A stretch of DNA of 64,000 bases from Chitinophagaceae bacterium (lineage in GTDB: Bacteria; Bacteroidota; Bacteroidia; Chitinophagales; Chitinophagaceae), in assembly GCA_965246935.1 (NCBI GenBank), contig CBDFGC010000006.1:293961-357960 (forward strand), in the 5' to 3' direction. Below the pieces are notes generated by a model. It was given only the letters and a program-made list of their open reading frames with translations. It made no database searches and was not told the DNA's origin. Both the position numbers and the translations under genes were made by a program. Numbering within the stretch: the first letter of the stretch is position 1; each line of letters opens with the position of its first letter. Shown here in pieces: positions 10,389-20,438 of the stretch.

Positions 10389-13300
10389 GTGGCAATCATA
10401 AACTTAGATATTTTTGATGCCTCATATTCTATCATGCGTGCTTCTAATCTTCAGGTTTTTCAAACCAGTAACCCTGGCCGCTGGCAGCGCTTCCGGTGGG
10501 GTAGCCGGGCTTTTATAGCCATTTCATTTTTGTTTTTAGTAGTCCTCTGTATTGCGCTTTGGCGTAGCCACTACCCGGCAGTGCCATTAAAAGAGGAATT
10601 TAAAAAAGCTATTGTAGCAGCTAAACCTTTTTTACAGGAAACCAGGCTGTCAAAAGAATATAAAGGCTTTCGCCAATATATCAGCGAAAAAAAACCTTAT
10701 ACCCGGGAAAGCTTTACCCGTGTCAGCCACAGATTTAAGTCGCAGCCGTTGCCTGGAAGTATGATTGCTGATACCGGATGGACCCATTTTCCCTGCGGGA
10801 TCCGTTCTGCATTTTACGTAGCCTGGGATCCGCAATCCTATTTTTCTCTTAAACGGTGCATCAGCAAGGTAAACCTGGTGCTGCCCGAATGGTTTTTTAT
10901 AGATCCGGTAGCGGATACCGTTACCACCAAGATGGACCCCCGCGGTTTTGACCTGATGAAGCAAAGCGGTGTACGGATTATGCCGATGCTTAGCAACAAC
11001 TACGGCGGTACATTCAGACCCGAAGCTATTAGCCGCATTTTTAAAAATAGTGAAAAACGCCACCGGTTAATACAGGATGTGCTTAATGAATGTGTAAAAA
11101 ATAAGTTTGTAGGTGTAAATGTAGATTTGGAAGAAGTGCAGGAAGACGGCGACGAACCGATGATCCTTTTTATGAAAGAACTGAGCGAAGCTTTTCACGC
11201 AAAAGGGTTGCTGGTAACACAGGATGTTTCCCCGTTTAATACCGATTACAATTATAAAGCGCTCAGCGACTATACCGATTACCTGTTCCTGATGGCATAT
11301 GATGAGTATGCTAACGACAGCGACCCCGGCCCTATCAGCTCTCAAAAATGGATTGAAGCCGCTGTTGACCTGGTAGCCAAAGAGATTCCTTCCAATAAAA
11401 TTATTTTAGGCATTGCCGGCTATGGCTACGACTGGAGTGGTAAAGGCGATGCACAGGATGTTACTTATCAGCAGGCCCTGACCATTGCACGGGAAAGCGA
11501 AGCAGATTTTACATTTGACAACGACACCTATAACCTGCATTACGATTATGCCGACGACAGCAACCGGGTACACCAGGTTTATTTTACCGATGCTGCTACT
11601 AACTTCAATACCATGCGTTTTGCTACAGAATATGGGTTGGCTGGTACGGCCCTCTGGCGGCTGGGTAGTGAGGATAGCCGCCTCTGGGATTTTTATAACT
11701 TGGATATGCGGAAAGAGGCGCTGCAAAATTTTGATTTTAAAGAGTTTAACTCAGTAGAAAGCAGCAATGATGTTGACTATATTGGCGATGGTGAAGTGCT
11801 GGATGTAGTAAGTACGCCTAAGCAGGGGCATATTACCCCAACTATTGACACTTCGGAGATGCTGATAGCAGAAGAAAAATACGATTCCCTTCCCAGTATG
11901 TTCGTGGTAAAACGCTACGGCAAGGTAAAACCTAAGCAACTGCTGCTTACATTTGATGACGGGCCCGATGAAAGTTATACGCCGCAGGTATTGGATATTT
12001 TATCCCGTTATCATGTACCAGCCGCATTTTTTTTAGTGGGAATCAATGCAGAGAATAATCTGCCGCTGGTAAAACGAATTTACCGGGAGGGCTTTGAAAT
12101 TGGCAATCACACTTTTACCCATCCTAATATGGCAGAAGTAAGCAGTGTGCGGGCCAGGCTTGAAATGAAGTTAACCCGGCTGATTATTGAGTGCATTACC
12201 GGCCACAGCACCATTCTTTTCCGTGCACCTTTTAATGCCGATAGTGAACCGGAACTTGCAGAAGAAATTATACCAGTGGCCAATGCCCGGCTGGAAAACT
12301 ATTTAGATGTAGGGGAAAGCATTGATCCGGAAGACTGGCAGCCAGGTGTTAGTGCAGATACCATTTTTCAACGGGTAGTAACAGCTGTAGAAAACAGTAC
12401 GAAGGATACTGTGACTGGCCGCACAGGACGCACCATATTGCTGCATGATGCCGGTGGCGACGACCGTACCCAAACCATCAAAGCATTACCCCGTATTATT
12501 GAGTATTTTCAGAAACGGGGATATACCTTTATTACCATCTCCGAACTGCTTCATAAAAAGAAAGAAGAGCTGATGCCGGAAGTGCCAAAAGGCAGTGGCT
12601 ATAATATCATGCAGGTGAACCTGGTATTAGTAGAGATAGGTTATTGGGGCGGTCACTTTCTATTTGCCCTCTTTATTGTATTTATCATTTTGTCGTGTAT
12701 CCGGCTGGCAGGTATGGTGGTGCTTGCCGTAAAGCAAAGATTAAAATCGGCTGCTGCTTTGGTTGCTCTGCCGGCGAACAATAAGCATACTAAAGTTTCC
12801 ATTATTGTTCCGGCTTACAATGAGGAAGTGAATGCAGTTCATTCACTGGAAAATCTGCTACGGCAGGATTACCCGGCTTTCAATATTGTATTTGTAGACG
12901 ATGGCAGCAAAGACAGTACGTATGAAAAAGTAAAGAAAGCATTCAAAGGCCATCCTAAAGTGCAGGTATTTACTAAGCCGAATGGCGGTAAGGCATCGGC
13001 ACTTAATTTCGGTATTGCACAAACAGATGCTCCATATGTGGTGTGCATAGATGCAGATACGCAACTAAAACCGGATGCAGTAAGCCTGCTAATGCGGCAT
13101 TTTACCTCACCCCCTGCCTCCCGACCGGGGTCCGGGACAGGCTCTCTAAACGGGGTGGAGAGGGGTACCTCTTACGAACATGTATTACAAAATATAGCAG
13201 TGGGTTCAAAAGAATCAAATTTTCAAAACTATTTGGCAAGTTCAGGTAGCAATAACCCGAACTCCAAAATCAATCAGCGCAGGTTGAACAGCAGGAACCC

Positions 13301-14135
13301 ATTGGTGAATAACAATTTACTAAGCAACATAGAGGCACCCCTCTCTACAGGGAGAGGGGCAGGGGGTGAGGCTATTGTTGGTGCAGTAGCCGGTAACGTG
13401 AAAGTTGGCAATGCCCGTAACCTGCTTACCCGCTGGCAGGATCTTGAATACATCAGCAGCCAGAACTTCGACCGGCAGGCATTTGCTTATATCAATGCCA
13501 TTACAGTAGTACCGGGCGCTATTGGTGCATTTAGCAAACAGGCATTGGAAGATGCAGGTGGCTTTACAACTGACACGCTGGCGGAGGATTGTGACCTTAC
13601 GATTCGTATTTTAAAAGCAGGCTATGCAATTGAAAATGAAAATAGAGCCGTAGCCATGACGGAGGCGCCGGAAACCCTTAGTCAGTTTTTAAAACAACGT
13701 ACCCGCTGGAGTTTTGGTGTAATGCAAACCTTTTGGAAACACCGGGACACCCTCTTTAATAATAAATATGGCACACTTGGCTGGGTGGCCATGCCTAATA
13801 TTTTGTTGTTTCAATTTATCATTCCCTTCTTTTCACCGCTGGCCGATGTGTTCATGCTTATTGGAATTGCGAGTGGTAATGCAGCCCGTATTGGCAGGTA
13901 TTACCTCATTTTTATGCTGATAGATGCAGCCATTGCGTTTACCGCTTTTTGGTTTGAAAAGGAAGATTTTAAAAAACTCATCTGGCTGATACCGCAACGG
14001 CTGTGCTACCGCTGGATTATGTATGTGGTGCTGTTCCGCAGCTTAAAAAAAGCAATAAAAGGCGAACTACAGCATTGGGGTGTATTAAAACGCACTGGTA
14101 ATGTACAGATGAGAGACAAAGCAGTTCCGGTGTAA
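10389..14135 (+). CDS. Membrane-anchored tri-domain polysaccharide synthase: GH18-like domain + CE4 (NodB) polysaccharide deacetylase + processive family-2 glycosyltransferase (PgaC/NodC/chitin-synthase-like), with in-frame MITE insertion in GT2 domain
   Basis: N-terminal TM; GH18-like VGVNVDLEE; NodB motifs LLTFDDGPDESYT and HTFTHPNM; GT2 motifs VSIIVPAYNEE, FVDDGSKDST, DADTQL, LAEDCDLT (TED), QRTRW (QxxRW); C-terminal TM helices; 88-aa low-complexity insert between DAD and TED motifs. Confidence 0.8.
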   Translation: MAIINLDIFDASYSIMRASNLQVFQTSNPGRWQRFRWGSRAFIAISFLFLVVLCIALWRSHYPAVPLKEEFKKAIVAAKPFLQETRLSKEYKGFRQYISEKKPYTRESFTRVSHRFKSQPLPGSMIADTGWTHFPCGIRSAFYVAWDPQSYFSLKRCISKVNLVLPEWFFIDPVADTVTTKMDPRGFDLMKQSGVRIMPMLSNNYGGTFRPEAISRIFKNSEKRHRLIQDVLNECVKNKFVGVNVDLEEVQEDGDEPMILFMKELSEAFHAKGLLVTQDVSPFNTDYNYKALSDYTDYLFLMAYDEYANDSDPGPISSQKWIEAAVDLVAKEIPSNKIILGIAGYGYDWSGKGDAQDVTYQQALTIARESEADFTFDNDTYNLHYDYADDSNRVHQVYFTDAATNFNTMRFATEYGLAGTALWRLGSEDSRLWDFYNLDMRKEALQNFDFKEFNSVESSNDVDYIGDGEVLDVVSTPKQGHITPTIDTSEMLIAEEKYDSLPSMFVVKRYGKVKPKQLLLTFDDGPDESYTPQVLDILSRYHVPAAFFLVGINAENNLPLVKRIYREGFEIGNHTFTHPNMAEVSSVRARLEMKLTRLIIECITGHSTILFRAPFNADSEPELAEEIIPVANARLENYLDVGESIDPEDWQPGVSADTIFQRVVTAVENSTKDTVTGRTGRTILLHDAGGDDRTQTIKALPRIIEYFQKRGYTFITISELLHKKKEELMPEVPKGSGYNIMQVNLVLVEIGYWGGHFLFALFIVFIILSCIRLAGMVVLAVKQRLKSAAALVALPANNKHTKVSIIVPAYNEEVNAVHSLENLLRQDYPAFNIVFVDDGSKDSTYEKVKKAFKGHPKVQVFTKPNGGKASALNFGIAQTDAPYVVCIDADTQLKPDAVSLLMRHFTSPPASRPGSGTGSLNGVERGTSYEHVLQNIAVGSKESNFQNYLASSGSNNPNSKINQRRLNSRNPLVNNNLLSNIEAPLSTGRGAGGEAIVGAVAGNVKVGNARNLLTRWQDLEYISSQNFDRQAFAYINAITVVPGAIGAFSKQALEDAGGFTTDTLAEDCDLTIRILKAGYAIENENRAVAMTEAPETLSQFLKQRTRWSFGVMQTFWKHRDTLFNNKYGTLGWVAMPNILLFQFIIPFFSPLADVFMLIGIASGNAARIGRYYLIFMLIDAAIAFTAFWFEKEDFKKLIWLIPQRLCYRWIMYVVLFRSLKKAIKGELQHWGVLKRTGNVQMRDKAVPV
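13106..13371. mobile_element. MITE-like element (~264-266 bp) with perfect 14-bp terminal inverted repeats inserted in-frame in the GT2 domain
   Basis: TIR cctcaccccctgcc (13106-13119) / ggcagggggtgagg (13358-13371); internal modules shared with 30385-30432 and 43081-43137; no stop codons in host frame. Confidence 0.65.
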
Positions 14136-14249
14136 GGGCAATACCTGCATGATTGAAAATGGATAATGCTGTTTTGAAAAAGGTGGTTCGTTTTTGACCC
14201 GGTTTTAACCTTCATATTCACGGTTATAAAACAGGTAGGCGAAATTCAA

Positions 14250-14765
14250 ATGATAACCAAATTTACTAATATCATTGCCCTCATTTTGATGATTAGCTTA
14301 ACCAGTTGCTTGACCGGTGGAACACATGGCTCAATTAAATCGTACGAATATTTAACCGATAAGTACAATTTACAAAAAGCAATCGAGAAAGTAATTTCAA
14401 ACAGTTACAATATCAAGCGTGACACAACTAACAATTACATCATTGACAAAACCGACAATCGAAACGACACTATCAACAATAATTATTACAATGATGGAGA
14501 AAGGTATCTGACAATATATATAAACGATGAAAACGGCCTTAGTAACTATACCATTCAATATTCTGGGGACAAAACCTTTTGGGATACATCTAAAACTTCT
14601 TACTTATCAATAGCTTATGCTTTTGACAAAGACAGTAATGGTGGTAGTGAAGGCAATAGTGATATAAGTGGTGAATTAAAAAGGAGGTTACTAAAAACGT
14701 TTGAAAAAGAGTTGATTTTTAAAGTTGACATTGAACTTGGCCAACAACACCGAGACGTAAATTGA
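14250..14765 (+). CDS. Hypothetical Asn-rich lipoprotein, AT-rich
   Basis: Signal peptide + lipobox LTSC; low GC, N-rich composition. Confidence 0.5.
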   Translation: MITKFTNIIALILMISLTSCLTGGTHGSIKSYEYLTDKYNLQKAIEKVISNSYNIKRDTTNNYIIDKTDNRNDTINNNYYNDGERYLTIYINDENGLSNYTIQYSGDKTFWDTSKTSYLSIAYAFDKDSNGGSEGNSDISGELKRRLLKTFEKELIFKVDIELGQQHRDVN

Positions 14766-15152
14766 GATTCACCTAACTGGAGTTTGGCACTATGGGTCGG
14801 ACGAACATGGGCTGTAGTTCAGTATTTCTATCTTTAGTTCATGGGCGGGGCAGATGAGCCTTGATTTCCCCACATTGCCAAGCCCTGCATGGTAGCCAGG
14901 CTTTTAGTGCAGTTATTCCCAATCATTGCAAGGTTGATCTTCGTTGTTAAACAACTAAGTGCATACCACTTTCAGAAATACCCAACGGTTATTAGCATCA
15001 GGACTGGAAACTATTAACCTGCTCGTTATAACAAACGTTGGCAGCCCTTCCTCTTTTTTATTATTTTCGCAGGCTAACTACCTCTCTTTCATTTATGTAC
15101 ATAAGCATAGAGCGGACATATTTATTTATAGACCAATTAAACCAACAGATCA

Positions 15153-16760
15153 ATGGATTCAACCATCCTATACATTGTCATAGGTATTATTGCCCTGGCC
15201 GCCGGCTTTTTGCTGGGTAAACTGGTAACAAAACCCCAGGTTCAAAAAACGATTGATGATGCCCAAAGAAACCTTGAAGACGCACAAAGAACAAAACAGG
15301 ATGCCGATCAGCAGGCACAAAAAACAATAGCTGATGCCAAAACCACCGCCGAAAACCTGAAACAACAGCGTTTACTGGAAGCCAAAGAAAAATTTCTTCA
15401 ATTAAAATCTGAAAACGACAAAGAAGTATTTGAACGCAACAAAAAAGTAGCCGAAGCAGAAGGCCGCATTCGTAGCCAGGAACAAAACATCAACACCAAA
15501 GCGGCTAACCTGGATAAGCAACTAAAGGAAAACGAAGCCATTAAAGAAAACCTGAACCGGCAGACAGAAATTGTAAACCAGAAACGCACGGAACTCGAAA
15601 AACACCAGGAAGAACACATCCGCCGCCTGGAAAAAATTGCCGGTCTTACCAGTGAAGAAGCCCGCACCCAACTGGTAGAAAGTATGAAACAGGCTGCCCA
15701 TGCACAGGGCCTGGCATTGCAGCAGGAAATAATTGACGAAGCCAAAGGCAAAGCTAACAAGGAAGCCCGCAAGCTTATTATCCAAACCGTACAACGTACG
15801 GCTTCCGAGCAGGCTATCGAAAATGCCATTACCGTTTTTCAACTGGAAAGCGATGAAATAAAAGGCCAGATTATTGGCCGCGAAGGCCGCAATATCCGGG
15901 CTATTGAAGCAGCAACCGGGGTGGACCTGATTGTAGATGATACCCCGGAAGCGATTGTACTTTCCTCTTTCGATCCGTTGCGCCGTGAAATTGCCCGGCT
16001 GAGTTTACAGCGCCTGGTAAGCGATGGCCGCATCCACCCGGCCCGGATTGAAGAAGTAGTGGAAAAGACCCGTAAGCAGATAGAAGACCAGATTGCCGAA
16101 ATTGGCGAACGTACCGTTATTGAGTTAGGCATTCATGGCCTGCATAAAGACCTTATCCGCATTGTAGGCAAAATGCGGTTCCGCAGCAGCTACGGGCAAA
16201 ACCTGCTGATGCACAGCCGGGAAGTAGCCAATATGTGCGGTATTATGGCTAGTGAACTGGGTCTGAACCCCAAGCTGGCAAAAAGGGCCGGCCTGCTGCA
16301 CGACATTGGCAAAGTACCCGATGAAGAAACAGAACTCAGCCATGCACTGCTCGGCGCTAAACTGGCCGAAAAATATGGTGAGCATCCCAGTGTAATAAAC
16401 GCCATTGGCGCCCACCACGACGAAATGGAAATGCTTTTTGTAATCAGCCCCGTTATCCAGGCATGCGATAGTATCAGCGGTGCCAGGCCTGGTGCCAGGC
16501 GGGAAATTATGCAGCAGTACCTGCAACGCATAAAAGACCTTGAAAACCTGGCCATGACTTACCCCGGTGTGGAAAAAGCATATGCCATCCAGGCCGGGCG
16601 GGAATTGCGGGTAATCGTAGAGGCCGATAAAGTCGGCGATGGCGACAGTGATAAATTGAGCTTTGAAATAGCCCAGAAAATTCAAACTGATATGACCTAT
16701 CCGGGCCAGATTAAGGTAACCGTGATACGGGAAAAACGGGCTGTAAATATTGCCAGGTAA
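15153..16760 (+). CDS. rny: Ribonuclease Y
   Basis: N-terminal TM helix, long coiled-coil, KH domain ([11 protein letters not shown]), HD domain ([10 protein letters not shown]...LLHDIGK). Confidence 0.9.
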   Translation: MDSTILYIVIGIIALAAGFLLGKLVTKPQVQKTIDDAQRNLEDAQRTKQDADQQAQKTIADAKTTAENLKQQRLLEAKEKFLQLKSENDKEVFERNKKVAEAEGRIRSQEQNINTKAANLDKQLKENEAIKENLNRQTEIVNQKRTELEKHQEEHIRRLEKIAGLTSEEARTQLVESMKQAAHAQGLALQQEIIDEAKGKANKEARKLIIQTVQRTASEQAIENAITVFQLESDEIKGQIIGREGRNIRAIEAATGVDLIVDDTPEAIVLSSFDPLRREIARLSLQRLVSDGRIHPARIEEVVEKTRKQIEDQIAEIGERTVIELGIHGLHKDLIRIVGKMRFRSSYGQNLLMHSREVANMCGIMASELGLNPKLAKRAGLLHDIGKVPDEETELSHALLGAKLAEKYGEHPSVINAIGAHHDEMEMLFVISPVIQACDSISGARPGARREIMQQYLQRIKDLENLAMTYPGVEKAYAIQAGRELRVIVEADKVGDGDSDKLSFEIAQKIQTDMTYPGQIKVTVIREKRAVNIAR

Positions 16761-16832
16761 GGCCCCCACCACGAGCTTCGCTCCCATCGTACCGCTGCCC
16801 CCAACGGGGAGGCTTAAAAACCGAAGATTTAG

Positions 16833-16866
16833 GGTTGCCAACTTTTGGAAAGTTGGCAACCTTTTT
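16833..16866 (+). terminator. Rho-independent terminator after rny (first of tandem pair)
   Basis: ggttgccaactt(ttgg)aaagttggcaacc + TTTTT. Confidence 0.7.
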
Positions 16867-16898
16867 CACTGTAGCAACCTTTTAGTACTTGTTTAAAA

Positions 16899-16928
16899 GC
16901 GATTGAACAACTTCAATCGCTTTTTTAT
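16899..16928 (+). terminator. Second tandem rho-independent terminator
   Basis: gcgattgaa(caac)ttcaatcgc + T6. Confidence 0.65.
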
Positions 16929-16952
16929 TAAAGAGGTACTTTACTTTTAATC

Positions 16953-18032
16953 ATGATGAGACGGTACCTAACTTCTTTTATCAGCTTGCTACTTGTGTGT
17001 AGCACCGGCTTTGGCCAAACCAAATTACATCCGGGGTTTGATGCTAAAGAATATTTAATGCTCACAGATGTTTTCCATCTCCAGAATGATACGCTGCCCA
17101 ACCAGGCAGTGTTTAGCAATCTCAACGGTTTTGAGCATATTTATCAATCGCCGGAAGTGGGCCTCAAAAACAGGGTAGATGTGTGGGTAAGACCAGATAA
17201 GGTAGGGATTATTTGTATCCGCGGCACGGTCGGCCATGCGCAGTCCTGGCTCGAAAATTTTTATTCTGCCATGATCCCGGCTACCGGTTCCCTGCAAATA
17301 AATGACTCCACTACCTTTCCTTACCAGTTAAGCACTGCCGGTAGTAATGCCAATGTGCATGTTGGCTGGACGTTGGGGCTTAGCTATTTGGCACCGCTGG
17401 TGGTGGCACAGGTAAATGAGTTACATCATAAAGGTGTAAATGAATTTCTCATTTTTGGCCATAGCCAGGGTGGGGCGCTGGCTTTTTTGCTGCGCAGTTA
17501 TCTGCAATACACTTCTTTAGTACCGAAAGATATTTTTTATAAAACTTATGGTAGCGCTGCACCCAAGCCCGGCAATTTGTATTATGCCTACGATATTGAT
17601 TACCTTACCCGTGGCGGCTGGTGCCTGCGGGTGGTAAACTCCATGGACTGGGTACCGGAAACACCTTTTACCGTGCAGACAACGCAGGATATGAATGCAG
17701 CCAATCCATTTGGCAATATATCCGGAATGCTCAGCAGCCAAAAATGGTATGTACGCTGGTACCTGAATGGCATGTACCGTAAAATGAAACGGGCAGGGAA
17801 TAAAACCATGGAGCGCTACCAAAAATACCTGGGTAAAAAAATATACGGGCAGGTACATAAAGCATTGCCACAGTTTAAGCAGCCGGTGTATGCCAACAGC
17901 AATAATTATATGCCGGCAGGTACACCCGTTATACTCATGGCCGACAGCGCTTACAGGCAACAATTTATATTTACCGGCAAAAATATTTTCGTACACCATG
18001 TACTTACGCCCTACCGTTTTCTGGTGAATTAG
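16953..18032 (+). CDS. Secreted alpha/beta-hydrolase, class-3 lipase-like
   Basis: Signal peptide; nucleophile elbow GHSQGGALA. Confidence 0.6.
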   Translation: MMRRYLTSFISLLLVCSTGFGQTKLHPGFDAKEYLMLTDVFHLQNDTLPNQAVFSNLNGFEHIYQSPEVGLKNRVDVWVRPDKVGIICIRGTVGHAQSWLENFYSAMIPATGSLQINDSTTFPYQLSTAGSNANVHVGWTLGLSYLAPLVVAQVNELHHKGVNEFLIFGHSQGGALAFLLRSYLQYTSLVPKDIFYKTYGSAAPKPGNLYYAYDIDYLTRGGWCLRVVNSMDWVPETPFTVQTTQDMNAANPFGNISGMLSSQKWYVRWYLNGMYRKMKRAGNKTMERYQKYLGKKIYGQVHKALPQFKQPVYANSNNYMPAGTPVILMADSAYRQQFIFTGKNIFVHHVLTPYRFLVN

Positions 18033-18076
18033 GATTTATTTAAAACAGTAGTTTTTCTTCATTTATTCTATACCTA

Positions 18077-18712
18077 TTGCAAACTATCTTTCAGCAGTTT
18101 ATTGATGGATTGAAAGGAACTACCCTCCTTGAATTTATAGCAGTTGTTACAGGAATAGCAAGTGTTTTTTACAGCCGTAAAGAAAACATTCTGGTATATC
18201 CTGTTGGTATGGTCAGCACGATCATTTACGTCTATATTTCCATAAAAGGGCAGCTATTAGGTGAGGCTAGTGTAAACATGTATTATACTATCATGAGTAT
18301 ATATGGCTGGTGGTTATGGTCAAAACGTAACCGGCAACAGGAAAAGATATTGCATATTAGTAGTAGCAATGCAAAGCAGTGGACACAACAACTACTTTTT
18401 TTTGCAGCTTTTTACGTTATTATTTTTGCCGCACTTACTTACTTAAAAAGAGATTTTGCTCCGGGAGCTATTCCATGGGCCGATGCATTTGCAAGTGCTA
18501 CTGCCTATACCGGAATGTGGCTGATGGCTAAGAAAAAGCTTGAAAGCTGGTGGTGGTGGATTCTTACTAACATCGCTTCTGTTCCTTTATACTTTAGCAA
18601 GGGATATGTTTTCACCAGTTTTCAGTATCTGGTTTTATTAATATTAGCTGTATCAGGGCTAATAGAATGGAAAAGAAAAATTGGACTACAAAAAATGGTT
18701 TTAGCTGTTTAG
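18077..18712 (+). CDS. pnuC: Nicotinamide riboside transporter PnuC
   Basis: 211 aa, 7-8 TM, conserved PnuC N-terminal region and WW pairs; followed by NRK-type gene. Confidence 0.75.
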   Translation: MQTIFQQFIDGLKGTTLLEFIAVVTGIASVFYSRKENILVYPVGMVSTIIYVYISIKGQLLGEASVNMYYTIMSIYGWWLWSKRNRQQEKILHISSSNAKQWTQQLLFFAAFYVIIFAALTYLKRDFAPGAIPWADAFASATAYTGMWLMAKKKLESWWWWILTNIASVPLYFSKGYVFTSFQYLVLLILAVSGLIEWKRKIGLQKMVLAV

Positions 18713-18719
18713 CAGATAT

Positions 18720-19313
18720 ATGGATAAGGTAAAAAAAATAGTAGTGGTCGGGCCGGAATCGACCGGCAAAAGCACTTTGTGTACGCAATTAGCTGCACAT
18801 TACCAAACCATCTGGTGCCCGGAATATGCCCGGGAATATTTACTGAAAAATGGAACAGATTACACGTTCGACGATTTGCTAACCATCGCAAAAGGGCAGC
18901 TTCAATTAGAGGACAGTCAGCAGTCAGCAGTCAGCAGTTGGCAGAAAACAGAAAGCAGAGAGCGGTCAGCAGTTAGCAGTGGTCTGTCGTCCGTTGTCCG
19001 TCGTCTTCTTTTCATCGACACGGATATGTATGTAATGAAGGTGTGGTGCGAATTTGTTTTCGGCCAGTGCCACCTATGGATCTTAAATAAAATTGTGGAG
19101 CGAAAATATGATCTATACCTGCTTTGCAAACCGGATTTGCCGTGGGTAAAAGACGAATTGCGGGAGTACCCCGACCTACAAAGCCGGGAAAAACTATATC
19201 ATATTTATAAAGACATTTTAATAAACCAACCCGTGCCCTGGGCGGAAATTAGTGGCGGGTATGAAGATCGGCTACAAAAAGCAGTTTCCGCAACTGATCG
19301 TTTATTTTCCTGA
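18720..19313 (+). CDS. NadR-type nicotinamide riboside kinase domain protein (AAA-28 ATPase) carrying an in-frame ~66-bp simple-repeat insertion
   Basis: Walker A VVGPESTGKSTL; PEYAREY; LFIDTDMYVMKVWCEFVFG matches NadR NRK AFIDTDFITTQAFC; ~22 extra aa of repeat-derived SQQSAVSS...SAVSSGLSSVV. Confidence 0.65.
   Translation: MDKVKKIVVVGPESTGKSTLCTQLAAHYQTIWCPEYAREYLLKNGTDYTFDDLLTIAKGQLQLEDSQQSAVSSWQKTESRERSAVSSGLSSVVRRLLFIDTDMYVMKVWCEFVFGQCHLWILNKIVERKYDLYLLCKPDLPWVKDELREYPDLQSREKLYHIYKDILINQPVPWAEISGGYEDRLQKAVSATDRLFS
18911..19015. repeat. Intragenic simple/direct repeat block (cagtcagcag x3, gtcagcagttRgcag x2, cgtccgttgtccgtcgtc)
   Basis: Seen directly in sequence; lies inside the NRK ORF and preserves frame. 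Confidence 0.7.
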
Positions 19314-19463
19314 CCATTTTTCTAAAGCCTTTTTATCCAAGCTAACCCATCCTAATAGCTATACCCTGGTCTTTGTAATTTTTTTGTTTCTGTTTTATTT
19401 GTATTCATTGAGTCGTTGAGCCAATTTGCATATTTGCTAATTGTCACATTTGCATATTGGTTC

Positions 19464-20201
19464 TTATTTCATCAATGCCTGTATTTCCGGCAGCGGCTCT
19501 AAAAAACTCATTTGCTTTAATATTTTAGGGTAGCGGCCGGCCACCATTTTACTCATCGGTTTCACCGTCCATTCCTTTGGGTTGGGCAGGCAGGCGGCAA
19601 TCATTGCCGCTTCAGGACGGGTTAGGTTTTTGGCCGGTTTATTAAAATAATGTTGGGCAGCAGCTTCAACCCCAAAGATGCCATCTCCCATTTCAATCAC
19701 ATTCAGGTACAACTCCAGAATGCGGCGTTTGCTATATAATGTTTCTATCACAAACGTAAAATACAATTCCAGCCCTTTGCGGAAATAGCTGCCATGTTGC
19801 CACAGAAAAACGTTCTTTGCTGTTTGCTGGCTAATAGTGCTGGCGCCTCTTTGTTGCTTATGCGTTTTATTATATTCCCTGGCTTTTTCCATGCTTTTCC
19901 AATCTACCCCATCATGCTGCGGATAGCGCTGGTCCTCGCTGGCAATTACGGCCAGCCGTATGTTTGGGCTCATGTTATCCAGGCTTACATAATCTCTATG
20001 TAAGCCGTGGCCGGTGGTGGCGCTTACTAATTGGGTAATAGTAATGGGAGGGTTGAAAACCCAGCAAAATAAAATGTAAATCAGGTGTGCAATAAAAAGA
20101 TATAGAAAAGTGCGTTTTACAAAACGCCAGGCCTTGCCTCGTTTGGTTACTGCTTTACTGCGGTTCTTTTTAAAGGCCATGCTGCAAAATAAGGAATGCA
20201 C
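19464..20201 (-). CDS. mtgA: Monofunctional biosynthetic peptidoglycan transglycosylase (GT51)
   Basis: N-terminal TM; GT51 motifs RLAVIASEDQRYPQHDGVDW, GASTISQQTAKN, RILELYLNVIEMGDGIFGVEAAAQHYF. Confidence 0.85.
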   Translation of the reverse strand: MHSLFCSMAFKKNRSKAVTKRGKAWRFVKRTFLYLFIAHLIYILFCWVFNPPITITQLVSATTGHGLHRDYVSLDNMSPNIRLAVIASEDQRYPQHDGVDWKSMEKAREYNKTHKQQRGASTISQQTAKNVFLWQHGSYFRKGLELYFTFVIETLYSKRRILELYLNVIEMGDGIFGVEAAAQHYFNKPAKNLTRPEAAMIAACLPNPKEWTVKPMSKMVAGRYPKILKQMSFLEPLPEIQALMK

Positions 20202-20438
20202 AATTAAAAATACAGCTAATTTCCCAAACTTGCTTTATGGTCTTTGCTATTATCTCAATAATTCATACTTTGCCGTATTAATTGTAATTTTTTTGCAGGC
20301 AGGTACACGCTACCCATCCACCTTTACATACACCAGTTGATACTTCTTCCCAATTTTCAATTCGCCATTACTTTTTTTTGCGAGTAAAATTACCAAGCCC
20401 AAGGCTGGAAGGATTGGAATTTGTGTTTGTTGAATTAT

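Noticed and set aside
14766-15152. Possible ncRNA in 390-bp gap upstream of rny
   Set aside because: No recognisable conserved RNA motifs (RNase P, SRP, tmRNA, 6S signatures absent) and no convincing stable structure.
15398-16859. Antisense ORFs (143, 106, 97, 244, 121 aa) over rny
   Set aside because: Overlap a conserved gene on the opposite strand; no independent support.
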